From positions 93,237 to 157,236 of the forward strand of contig CAYJJU010000002.1 of the NCBI GenBank assembly GCA_964370635.1: a DNA stretch of 64,000 bases, given 5' to 3'. Under the pieces are notes generated by a model. The model saw nothing but the letters and a program-made list of their open reading frames with translations. It was not told the origin of the DNA and made no database searches. The position numbers were made by a program, and so were the translations under genes. Positions 55,905-64,000 of the stretch are shown here, in pieces. This stretch comes from an uncultured Eubacteriales bacterium. Lineage in GTDB: Bacteria; Bacillota; Clostridia; Oscillospirales; Acutalibacteraceae. Each line of letters begins with the position of its first letter. Position 1 is the stretch's first letter.

Positions 55905-56471
55905 TTACACCCCTTTTCTTACTTTATAAGAAGTGTAAACAAGTCCTATTACCGCACATCCTATAATTATGTATATCACATTTACAGAAAAGAAAAATGT
56001 TAGGGTAAAAACCAACGCCATAAGCGCTATAAGCACCCACTCTTTTTGTTTTACTATTCCTAAACCCATGCCGATTACAACATCGCAAATAACCGCCGCA
56101 ACGCCTGCCTGCATGCCTAAAAGCACATTATTTACTATTACATTATCTCTAAAAGCCGTGTAAAAAAGCGAAATTACAGAGATAATTATGAGGGGCGGCA
56201 AAATTGTGCCAAAAATGGTTATCACTGCGCCGAGTGGCCCCGCAACCCTAAAGCCTAAAAGCAGTGATGCATTAACAGCCACCGCACCCGGAGAAGACTG
56301 CGCTATTACCGTAAAGTCCACCATTTCTTTTTCATCAATCCACTTTAGGTTGTCGACAAACTTCTTTTTCATAAGCCCAATAATGACAAAACCCCCGCCA
56401 AAAGTAAACGCACTTAGATAAAATGTCGCCAAAAACAATCTAAGGTAAAACTTTATGCCTTTCTTTTCCAT
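55905..56471 (-). CDS. chromate transporter (ChrA) family half-protein
   Basis: 188 aa with FTFGGGFVIIGLM motif. Paired with the gene above. Confidence 0.85.
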   Translation of the reverse strand: MEKKGIKFYLRLFLATFYLSAFTFGGGFVIIGLMKKKFVDNLKWIDEKEMVDFTVIAQSSPGAVAVNASLLLGFRVAGPLGAVITIFGTILPPLIIISVISLFYTAFRDNVIVNNVLLGMQAGVAAVICDVVIGMGLGIVKQKEWVLIALMALVFTLTFFFSVNVIYIIIGCAVIGLVYTSYKVRKGV

Positions 56472-56494
56472 TGTGACCTCCTCATGATTTTTAC

Positions 56495-56551
56495 TTGAAA
56501 ACCCGAAATTAACATGTTATTATTATACTACCGAAAATTAGTAACTGTCAA
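56495..56551. promoter_or_regulatory. back-to-back divergent promoters (activase + strand, chrA pair - strand)
   Basis: On the + strand: TTGAAA (56495), 17 nt spacer, TATTAT (56518..56523), with a TG at 56515..56516, one nucleotide upstream of the -10 box. On the minus strand: TTGACA (56551..56546), 18 nt spacer, TATAAT (56527..56522). Confidence 0.65.
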
Positions 56552-56578
56552 ACAGTTTAAGGGAGTAATTTATAAGTT

Positions 56579-57403
56579 ATGAAAGCAACTATATTTAATA
56601 TCCAAAAATTTTGCCTGCACGACGGCCCAGGCATTCGCACAACCATATTTTTTAAGGGTTGCCCATTAAAATGCATTTGGTGCGCAAACCCCGAAAGTCA
56701 GCATCCTCATCCTCAAATCTTAAAGGACAAATCAAAGTGCATTTCCTGTTTGCTATGTCATGAAAACGAATTTGTTGTAAGCGACTGCCCTACATTTTCC
56801 GCAAGTTTTTCGGGCAAAAAGCGCTCGGTGGAAAAAGTATATAACGAGGCTATAAAAGACATAGAATTTTATAAAAGCAGCGGCGGAGGTGTCACTTTTT
56901 CAGGAGGCGAGCCCCTACTTCACTTAGATTTTATTAAAGAGCTTTCCAAGCTTTTACGACAAAAGGACATTCACCTTGCCTGCGAAACCAGCGGTTATGC
57001 AAGCGAGCAAAATTTTGCAAGGCTTTTAAAGCGTGTGGATTTACTGCTTTTTGACGTAAAGCATTACGATGATGTAAAGCATAAGACGTTTACAGGCGTT
57101 AGCAATGAAATTATACTTAAAAATCTAGAAACGGCAATCCTTAACGGGAAAGATGTAATAGTGAGAATACCCATAATCCCAAATTTTAACGACAGTTTAG
57201 AGGACATGGAAAATTTCGGAAAACTGCTTAAATCCTTAAACATCAAAACAGTGAACCTCCTACCCTTTCACCAAATGGGTGAGAGTAAATATGAGATGAT
57301 AGATAAAGAATATACAATGAAAGAATATAAGCAGCTAAGCGAAAGCGATTTAAAGGAACATTTAGAAGTAATAGGCAAATATGTGGAAAAAGCAAGTTTT
57401 TAA
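56579..57403 (+). CDS. glycyl-radical enzyme activating protein (radical SAM)
   Basis: 274 aa with CLHDGPGIRTTIFFKGCPLKCIWCANPE. Confidence 0.92.
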   Translation: MKATIFNIQKFCLHDGPGIRTTIFFKGCPLKCIWCANPESQHPHPQILKDKSKCISCLLCHENEFVVSDCPTFSASFSGKKRSVEKVYNEAIKDIEFYKSSGGGVTFSGGEPLLHLDFIKELSKLLRQKDIHLACETSGYASEQNFARLLKRVDLLLFDVKHYDDVKHKTFTGVSNEIILKNLETAILNGKDVIVRIPIIPNFNDSLEDMENFGKLLKSLNIKTVNLLPFHQMGESKYEMIDKEYTMKEYKQLSESDLKEHLEVIGKYVEKASF

Positions 57404-57424
57404 TCATAAATATTGAGCAAAAAC

Positions 57425-57453
57425 TTGACATTCTCATTTCAAAATGACATAAT
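57425..57453 (+). promoter_or_regulatory. sigmaA-type promoter of valS
   Basis: TTGACA, 17 nt spacer, CATAAT. Confidence 0.6.
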
Positions 57454-57489
57454 AATTTATTAGCAAGTTTTTATAAAGGAGTTTTTAAA

Positions 57490-60105
57490 ATGACAAACGA
57501 ACTGGCAAAAGCCTATGACCCTAAAGAGGTTGAACAGAGAATTTACGATTTTTGGACAAAAGGAAATTACTTTCACGCCCAGCGTGATGAAAATAAGAAG
57601 CCATATACTATAGTTATACCACCGCCAAACATTACAGGCCAGCTTCACATGGGGCATGCCATGGACAACGCCTTACAGGATACTTTAATCAGATTTAAGC
57701 GTATGCAAGGCTATAGCGCTTTGTGGCTACCGGGCACCGACCACGCCTCCATTGCGACAGAGGCAAAAATTGTTGAAGCGATGAAAGAAGAAGGCCTTAC
57801 AAAAGAGGATTTAGGCCGTGAGAAATTTTTAGAGCGTGCGTGGGAGTGGAAAAAGCACTACGGCGGAAGAATTATCGAGCAGCTCAAAAAACTTGGCGCA
57901 TCTTGTGACTGGGAGAGAGAACGCTTCACCCTGGACGACGGCTGTAACAAGGCTGTTAACCACGTTTTTGTAAAACTTTATGAAAAAGGGCTTATTTATA
58001 GAGGCGAAAGAATAATAAACTGGTGCCCACACTGCAAGACATCAATTTCTGATGCAGAGGTTGAGTTTATCGAAAAAGACGGCAGTTTTTGGCATATTAA
58101 ATATCCTATAGCTGACGGAAGCGGTTTTGTGGAGCTTGCAACAACAAGGCCTGAAACCATGCTTGGTGACACGGCAGTTGCGGTTCACCCTGAGGACGAA
58201 CGCTACAGCCATCTCATAGGAAAAACAGTTATACTTCCTATAGTAAACAAAGAAATTCCTGTTGTGGCCGACGATTTCGTAGATATGGAATTTGGAACAG
58301 GCGTTGTAAAAATAACACCTGCACATGACCCTAACGACTTTGAAGTGGGACTTAGGCATAAACTTCCCATCATAAACGTAATGGACGAAAGCGCCGTTAT
58401 TAATGAAAACGGTGGCGAGTACTGCGGAATGTCCTCAAAAGACGCAAGAGTAGCCATAGTAAAAAAACTTGAAGAATTAGAGCTTTTAATTAAAGTAGAG
58501 CCTATAAAGCACAATGTTGGCACTTGCTACAGATGCACTACCACCGTAGAGCCTAGAGTGTCTACTCAGTGGTTTGTAAAAATGGAGCCACTGGCAAAAC
58601 CTGCTGTAGACGCAGTTAGGAGCAAAGAAATTAAGTTTATTCCCGAAAGAATGGAAAAAACTTATTATAACTGGATGGAAAATATCAAAGACTGGTGTAT
58701 TTCCCGTCAGCTTTGGTGGGGACACAGAATCCCTGCTTGGTACTGCTCTTGTGGCGAAGTTATAGTAGGCGAAGACGCACCTAAAACTTGCCAAAAATGC
58801 GGTGGCACCACCCTATTACAAGACGAAGACACACTTGACACTTGGTTTTCATCGGCACTTTGGCCATTTTCGACCCTTGGCTGGCCTGAAAAAACCGAGG
58901 ATTTAGAATATTTCTACCCAACAAACACACTTGTAACAGGCTATGACATCATTTTCTTCTGGGTTGCAAGAATGATATTCTCAGGGCTTGAGCATATGGA
59001 AAAAATTCCGTTTGACACAGTTTTCTTCCATGGCCTCATAAGAGATGCACAGGGTCGCAAGATGAGCAAATCTTTAGGAAACGGCATAGACCCACTTGAA
59101 GAGATAGAAAAATACGGTGCAGATGCCCTAAGATTTACCATAGTAACAGGCAACAGCCCCGGAAACGACATGAGATATTCCGACGAGAAGGTAAACTCCA
59201 GCAGAAACTTTGCAAATAAAATTTGGAATGCCGCAAGATTTATCTTGATGAATTTAGAAAATAAAGACGTAAAATGCGAGCTTCCAAAAAATCTGTCCCT
59301 TTCCGACAAGTGGATTTTATCAAAATATAACGAGCTTACAAGGCAGGTTACCGAAAACCTTGAAAAATTCGAACTCGGCACAGCAGTAAGCAAAATTTAC
59401 GACTTCTTATGGGACGATTTCTGCGACTGGTATATAGAGCTTGCAAAAATCACAATTAACTCAGGAAACAACCCTGAAAACGGCGCAGAACATGTTTTAG
59501 TGTGGGTACTAAGCAACACTTTAAAACTTTTACACCCATTCATGCCTTATATCACAGAAGAAATTTGGCAAGCACTTCCTCACGAGGGCGAGGCGCTGAT
59601 AATTGAAGCCTTCCCGACTTACTGTAAAGACCTTTGCTTTACAAAAGAGCAACAAGACATGGAAAACGTGATGGAGCTTATCCGCTCTATAAGGGCAAGA
59701 AGGGCAGAAATGAACGTTCCGCCGTCTAAAAAGGCGAAACTTTCCATAGAAACCGCAAATGAGGAGTTGTTTAAATCGCAAGAAGCCGCTATTTCTAAGC
59801 TTTCATATGTAAGTGACTTTAGCTTTACAGCAGATTTTGACACGTCGTCAGCCGTCGCAATAGTAACAAATGCCTGCAAGGCGTATATCCCAATGGACGA
59901 GCTTGTAGACAAAGAGGCGGAAACTTTAAGGCTTACAAAAGAGCTAGAGGCCGCACAAAAACAACTTGACACGGTAAATGCAAAGCTTAAAAACAAAACT
60001 TTCATGTCAAAAGCACCCGAAAACGTAGTAAAAGGCGTTCGTGAAAACGGAGAAAAACTAGCTGAGCGCATAAGACTTATAAAAGAAACTTTAGATAAAG
60101 TTTAG
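57490..60105 (+). CDS. valS: valine--tRNA ligase
   Basis: 871 aa with HIGH-type LHMGHAM, KMSKS, and a C-terminal coiled coil. Confidence 0.97.
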   Translation: MTNELAKAYDPKEVEQRIYDFWTKGNYFHAQRDENKKPYTIVIPPPNITGQLHMGHAMDNALQDTLIRFKRMQGYSALWLPGTDHASIATEAKIVEAMKEEGLTKEDLGREKFLERAWEWKKHYGGRIIEQLKKLGASCDWERERFTLDDGCNKAVNHVFVKLYEKGLIYRGERIINWCPHCKTSISDAEVEFIEKDGSFWHIKYPIADGSGFVELATTRPETMLGDTAVAVHPEDERYSHLIGKTVILPIVNKEIPVVADDFVDMEFGTGVVKITPAHDPNDFEVGLRHKLPIINVMDESAVINENGGEYCGMSSKDARVAIVKKLEELELLIKVEPIKHNVGTCYRCTTTVEPRVSTQWFVKMEPLAKPAVDAVRSKEIKFIPERMEKTYYNWMENIKDWCISRQLWWGHRIPAWYCSCGEVIVGEDAPKTCQKCGGTTLLQDEDTLDTWFSSALWPFSTLGWPEKTEDLEYFYPTNTLVTGYDIIFFWVARMIFSGLEHMEKIPFDTVFFHGLIRDAQGRKMSKSLGNGIDPLEEIEKYGADALRFTIVTGNSPGNDMRYSDEKVNSSRNFANKIWNAARFILMNLENKDVKCELPKNLSLSDKWILSKYNELTRQVTENLEKFELGTAVSKIYDFLWDDFCDWYIELAKITINSGNNPENGAEHVLVWVLSNTLKLLHPFMPYITEEIWQALPHEGEALIIEAFPTYCKDLCFTKEQQDMENVMELIRSIRARRAEMNVPPSKKAKLSIETANEELFKSQEAAISKLSYVSDFSFTADFDTSSAVAIVTNACKAYIPMDELVDKEAETLRLTKELEAAQKQLDTVNAKLKNKTFMSKAPENVVKGVRENGEKLAERIRLIKETLDKV

Positions 60106-60115
60106 AATTGATATT

Positions 60116-60176
60116 TGTAGGGGCGGTCATCGGCCGCTTGAAAGACAACGGTCGCCCACACAGGGGCGCCCCTACA
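60116..60176. repeat. REPIN-like doublet between valS and serS
   Basis: TGTAGGGGCGGTCATCGGCCGC...GGTCGCCCACACAGGGGCGCCCCTACA. The termini TGTAGGGGCG and CGCCCCTACA are inverted. Confidence 0.8.
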
Positions 60177-60200
60177 TAATCAACTAAAAAGGAGATAAAT

Positions 60201-61478
60201 ATGCTTGATATTAAATTTGTAAGGGAAAATCCCGATATTGTAAAACAAAACATTAAAAATAAATTTCAAGAGCAAAAACTTCCACTTGTAGACGAAGTTA
60301 TAGAGCTTGACGAGAAAAAAAGGGCCAACCAACAAGAGGCCGACACTTTTAGGGCAAACAGAAATAAGTTGTCAAAACAAATAGGTGCCTTAATGGGACA
60401 AGGCAAAAAAGAAGAAGCCGAAGAGGTCAAGGCGCAGGTGACAGCGCAGTCTGAAGCACTTGCAAAATCAGAGGCCTTAGAGCGTGAGTTTGACGAAAAA
60501 ATAAAGACCATCATGATGACTTTACCAAATATCATAGACCCAAAAACACCAATCGGTAAAGACGACAGCGAAAACGTGGAGCTTGAGCGTTTCGGCGAGG
60601 CCATTGTTCCTGAATTTGAAGTACCATATCATGCCGACATCATGGCAAAGTTTAACGGAATAGACCTAGACAGCGCAAGAAAAGTTGCAGGCAACGGTTT
60701 TTATTATCTAATGGGCGATGTCGCAAGGCTACATTCTGCCATAATTTCTTATGCAAGAGATTTCATGATAGACAGGGGATTCACCTACTGCATTCCGCCT
60801 TACATGATAAGAAGTGAAGTCGTTACAGGCGTTATGTCTTTTGCCGAAATGGACGCAATGATGTACAAAATTGAGGGCGAGGATCTGTATTTAATAGGCA
60901 CAAGCGAGCACTCAATGATAGGAAAATATATCGACACTATCGTAAAGGAAGAAAGCTTGCCACACACATTGACAAGCTATTCACCTTGCTTTAGAAAAGA
61001 AAAAGGCGCACACGGAATAGAAGAGCGTGGCGTTTATAGAATACATCAATTTGAAAAGCAAGAAATGATAGTAGTTTGCAAACCCGAGGACAGCCCAATA
61101 TGGTATGAAAAAATGTGGAAAAACACGGTAGATTTGTTTAAAACACTAGACATACCGGTAAGAACTTTAGAGTGCTGCTCTGGCGATTTAGCCGACCTTA
61201 AAGTGCGCTCTGTCGACATAGAAGCATGGTCACCACGTCAGCAAAAATATTTTGAAGTGGGAAGCTGTTCAAACCTTGGAGACGCACAGGCAAGAAGGCT
61301 TAAAATCAGGGTAAACGGCGAAAACGGAAAATACTTAGCCCATACCCTAAACAACACAGTTGTAGCACCACCGAGAATGCTAATAGCATTTTTAGAAAAT
61401 AACCTAAAAGCCGACGGCTCAGTGAGCATCCCAGAAGCCCTAAGACCATACATGGGAAACAAAACCGAGCTTTCGTAA
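60201..61478 (+). CDS. serS: serine--tRNA ligase
   Basis: 425 aa with an N-terminal coiled-coil arm and a class II core. Confidence 0.95.
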   Translation: MLDIKFVRENPDIVKQNIKNKFQEQKLPLVDEVIELDEKKRANQQEADTFRANRNKLSKQIGALMGQGKKEEAEEVKAQVTAQSEALAKSEALEREFDEKIKTIMMTLPNIIDPKTPIGKDDSENVELERFGEAIVPEFEVPYHADIMAKFNGIDLDSARKVAGNGFYYLMGDVARLHSAIISYARDFMIDRGFTYCIPPYMIRSEVVTGVMSFAEMDAMMYKIEGEDLYLIGTSEHSMIGKYIDTIVKEESLPHTLTSYSPCFRKEKGAHGIEERGVYRIHQFEKQEMIVVCKPEDSPIWYEKMWKNTVDLFKTLDIPVRTLECCSGDLADLKVRSVDIEAWSPRQQKYFEVGSCSNLGDAQARRLKIRVNGENGKYLAHTLNNTVVAPPRMLIAFLENNLKADGSVSIPEALRPYMGNKTELS

Positions 61479-61521
61479 ACATTTAAAGGCGCTACCGACT
61501 AATTAGCAAAGCTATGGTGAA

Positions 61522-62226
61522 ATGATGAAAATATATAATTATGATGATTTCGTTTTAAATTTACTAAACAGCGGATTTTCTCTTTCGGGTGGGAATTCGG
61601 ACGGGATTTTTTCCTTAATCACTTGGAGCTGGAAAGAAACTCCTCCTTATGAAACGCCTGTGCGTTGGCACACTGGAGACATGGACACCGACCCATGGGA
61701 GTGGCGTGTTCGTGTTTTAAACGAGAGAAACGACATCGCTTACTCTAAGTTATTTTTCGGAAAAGGTGGCTATATCACAAAGCAGTGGTACCCCTATTTT
61801 CTTGCCGCAAGGCGAAAGGGCAAAAGCTTTACTCAAGATTATATGGACGGAAACATTAGTAATTTCGCAAAAAGAATTTACGACTGCCTAAGCGAACACG
61901 GCACACTGCCTTTACAGCTGATAAAGCAGTTCGGAAATTTTTCTAAAGAAGAAAAATCTAAATTTGACCGAGCACTGACCGAGCTGCAAATGAAAATGTA
62001 CATAACAATGTGTGGCACAGCGCAAAAAACCAACAAATTCGGCGAGGAATACGGCTGGTCATCGACGGTATTTTGCAGGGCAGAAGAATTTTGGAGTAAA
62101 GACATTTTTAAAATCGCCCAAAAAATTTCCGAAGATGAAGCGGCAGAAGAAATAAGTGCGCAAATATACAAGCTCAACCCAAATGCACAAGAAAAAAAGG
62201 TGATGAAATTTATAAAAGGCATCTAA
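61522..62226 (+). CDS. hypothetical protein (possibly AlkZ/YcaQ-like winged-helix family fragment)
   Basis: 234 aa ORF. The family assignment is only from a remembered resemblance around PWEWRVRVL and is unverified. Confidence 0.4.
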   Translation: MMKIYNYDDFVLNLLNSGFSLSGGNSDGIFSLITWSWKETPPYETPVRWHTGDMDTDPWEWRVRVLNERNDIAYSKLFFGKGGYITKQWYPYFLAARRKGKSFTQDYMDGNISNFAKRIYDCLSEHGTLPLQLIKQFGNFSKEEKSKFDRALTELQMKMYITMCGTAQKTNKFGEEYGWSSTVFCRAEEFWSKDIFKIAQKISEDEAAEEISAQIYKLNPNAQEKKVMKFIKGI

Positions 62227-62479
62227 TTTCATCTTAATATCAAAGTAAAGGGCTTATCGCATTAACGGATTATTTCGTCAAAATAAATAAACCATAGTAG
62301 CTTCCATGCCTGTCCGAAAACATCAATTTTATACATATTTTTAGGGAGGGCGTGGAAGCCCTCCCCTACTTTTTGTTTATTTTCACCTTAATGCGATAGC
62401 CTCTTTACTTGTGGTTTTTTCAACAATCTGAAAGGAGCTGTGACGAAATAGAATAATTTTCGTCACATTGACGGACAAA

Positions 62480-62552
62480 TGTAGGGGCGTGACCGCCCGA
62501 AACCTTGGATTTTACCATTAGTTTCGGGCGAACACACAGGTTCGCCCCTACA
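62480..62552. repeat. REPIN-like doublet with nested palindrome
   Basis: TGTAGGGGCGTGACCGCCCGAAAC...GTTTCGGGCGAACACACAGGTTCGCCCCTACA. Confidence 0.8.
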
Positions 62553-62613
62553 AAAATTTATATATTATAACAATTACGACACAGCCTCTTTTTTAAGGTG
62601 TCGAAAGTGCACA

Positions 62614-64000
62614 TTAGGTCAATTCTAATAATTTGTTATTAATCCTTAGCATTGCTTCTGTATAATATAACATTTCTTCGGTACTCATTTCTTGTGTTTC
62701 AAGTACGGTTAATTTCTCCATGGTATCGGCATACTCTTCGATAAAATCCATATAATCACCTAAAAGGCTTACATCACTTTCTGATTCGCTATATTTTTTC
62801 ATAAATTCAATATATTCATCAAAAAACGCTTCATATGTATCAATTGCCTCTTTAAATTCAGGGCGAATACCATCACCAGCATCTCCGCTTGTTTCATCAT
62901 CAGAAGCATTATCAATAATTTCGTTATTATTATCTAAATTGTCTTCTCCATCTAATGTTTCAGTTTCTACATTATCCTCAGTTGCATTACTACTGGTAAT
63001 AATCGCATCAATATCATAATTATCATTCCAAATGATTTCGCTATTGACATCCAACCATATGCTATACAAGTCAGAATTAGCATCTAACCAAGTACTATAA
63101 ATATTTGAATTAGCATCTAACCAGTCGCTATATGCTTCGCTGGAAATATCAAGCCATTCGCTATAATCTTCTGTATCTAATGCATCTGCGATTATACCAT
63201 CATAATATGTTTCATATAAAGCATCGAAAATATTTTCATATATTCTTTCGTAGTAACTATCAAATGCTTCTTCATATATAGTGTCGTAAAAATACTCCAT
63301 TGCGGTTTCAATTGCATCAGCATCGTCAGTATCGACAACTGAAACTACCTCTTTGTAATAATCAACTGACTTGAGCGCAATTTGCTCAAACAGTTCGTTT
63401 GTTTGTTCTTGAGTAAGAGCATACCATTCTGAAATCAACTGACGATTAGAAACATAATCGGCATAAGAATCGCCAACTTCATCATAAACACTGATTAATT
63501 CATTTTCAATTGTGGATATTGTAGTCTCAAATTCATTCTGCATCTCAGTTGTCAAATTAATTAACGATTCGTGCAGTTCAACACTTGCATCAAAATTCAA
63601 AATTGCTTCAATATCAAAATTATCATTCCGAAATTCGCTTCTAACATCTGTCCAGTTTTCATAAATCTCTGAACGAGCATCACTCCACTGCTCATACGTT
63701 TCAGAGCGAGCATCGCTCCAGTTTTCATATGCCTCTGAACGAGTATCACTCCACTCGCTATATTCAACTGTATCATTAGCATCATCTATTATACCGTCAT
63801 AATACATATCATATATGTCATCATAGATATCTTCATATATGCTATCATAAAATTCATCATAAGCATATTCGTAAACATCATCATAAAAGTCGTCCATAGC
63901 ATCTTCTATTGCGTCTGAGTCAGTGTTATCGATAGTTGCCACGACTTCTCTGAAATAGTCGTACGAGTGTTGAGTTGTTCTTTCTGATAAAGCAATGAAC
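62614..64000 (-). CDS. highly acidic Tyr/Asp/Glu-rich internal-repeat protein (5' end outside window)
   Basis: The frame stays open to the window edge: the 19 codons upstream of the ORF-track GTG read FIALSERTTQHSYDYFREV with no stop. Two copies of a module with a period of about 200 aa are visible. The C-terminal segment of about 85 aa is helical and non-repetitive. Confidence 0.75.
   Translation of the reverse strand, partial: FIALSERTTQHSYDYFREVVATIDNTDSDAIEDAMDDFYDDVYEYAYDEFYDSIYEDIYDDIYDMYYDGIIDDANDTVEYSEWSDTRSEAYENWSDARSETYEQWSDARSEIYENWTDVRSEFRNDNFDIEAILNFDASVELHESLINLTTEMQNEFETTISTIENELISVYDEVGDSYADYVSNRQLISEWYALTQEQTNELFEQIALKSVDYYKEVVSVVDTDDADAIETAMEYFYDTIYEEAFDSYYERIYENIFDALYETYYDGIIADALDTEDYSEWLDISSEAYSDWLDANSNIYSTWLDANSDLYSIWLDVNSEIIWNDNYDIDAIITSSNATEDNVETETLDGEDNLDNNNEIIDNASDDETSGDAGDGIRPEFKEAIDTYEAFFDEYIEFMKKYSESESDVSLLGDYMDFIEEYADTMEKLTVLETQEMSTEEMLYYTEAMLRINNKLLELT

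Noticed and set aside
57404-57489. T-box leaders upstream of valS (57404..57489) and serS (60106..60200).
   Set aside because: The leaders are only about 85-95 nt and lack the AGAGA, GGTGNRA and T-box (TGGTACCGCG-like) motifs. The serS upstream region is occupied by a REPIN doublet.
1-64000. Search for defence or mobile systems: restriction-modification, CRISPR-Cas, toxin-antitoxin, retron/DGR reverse transcriptase, prophage integrase, and also tRNA or rRNA genes.
   Set aside because: None of the listed ORFs shows motifs of these families, and no tRNA-like or rRNA-like sequence was noticed in the intergenic regions. Absence is based on visual inspection only.

Overview
Low-GC Firmicute (Clostridia-like) chromosomal segment with about 58 protein genes. 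I found no rRNA, tRNA, CRISPR array, integrase or recognisable defence genes. Housekeeping genes: rpsP-ffh-ylxM, a T-box-controlled ilvB-ilvN-ilvA operon, valS and serS. These sit among accessory modules: a MacB/FtsX-type ABC transporter with two unlike permeases, marR-MATE, an OmpR/His-kinase pair, a CsoR/P-type ATPase/ACR3 metal islet, and a non-PFL glycyl-radical enzyme locus with an FSA-type aldolase and split ChrA transporter. Main observations: (1) At 21152..34769, nine head-to-tail paralogous lipoprotein genes have solute-binding-protein motifs but no cognate permease or ATPase in the window. Their junctions and gene ends are homogenised and their cores are mosaic. (2) A REP/REPIN-like population built as TGTAGGGG plus a hairpin has at least 14 copies. 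One sits in front of most array genes, filled and empty sites are visible between paralogous leaders, and one unit is embedded in the ORF of a single-copy RAYT-like HUH transposase (51600..52127). (3) A MITE-like family (ends CAGCGTGTCAAAAAA ... GACAGTCTG) abuts intrinsic-terminator hairpins, and two inverted copies bracket marR-MATE. (4) A 1.3 kb ORF-free stretch (about 42720..43990) is strongly G-depleted on the + strand and contains an orphan consensus promoter. (5) Unusual fusions: HTH-cupin-acyl-CoA synthetase and threonine aldolase-GNAT. (6) A very acidic Tyr/Asp/Glu repeat protein runs off the window end. All calls rest on reading the sequence and ORF translations; no database search was possible.
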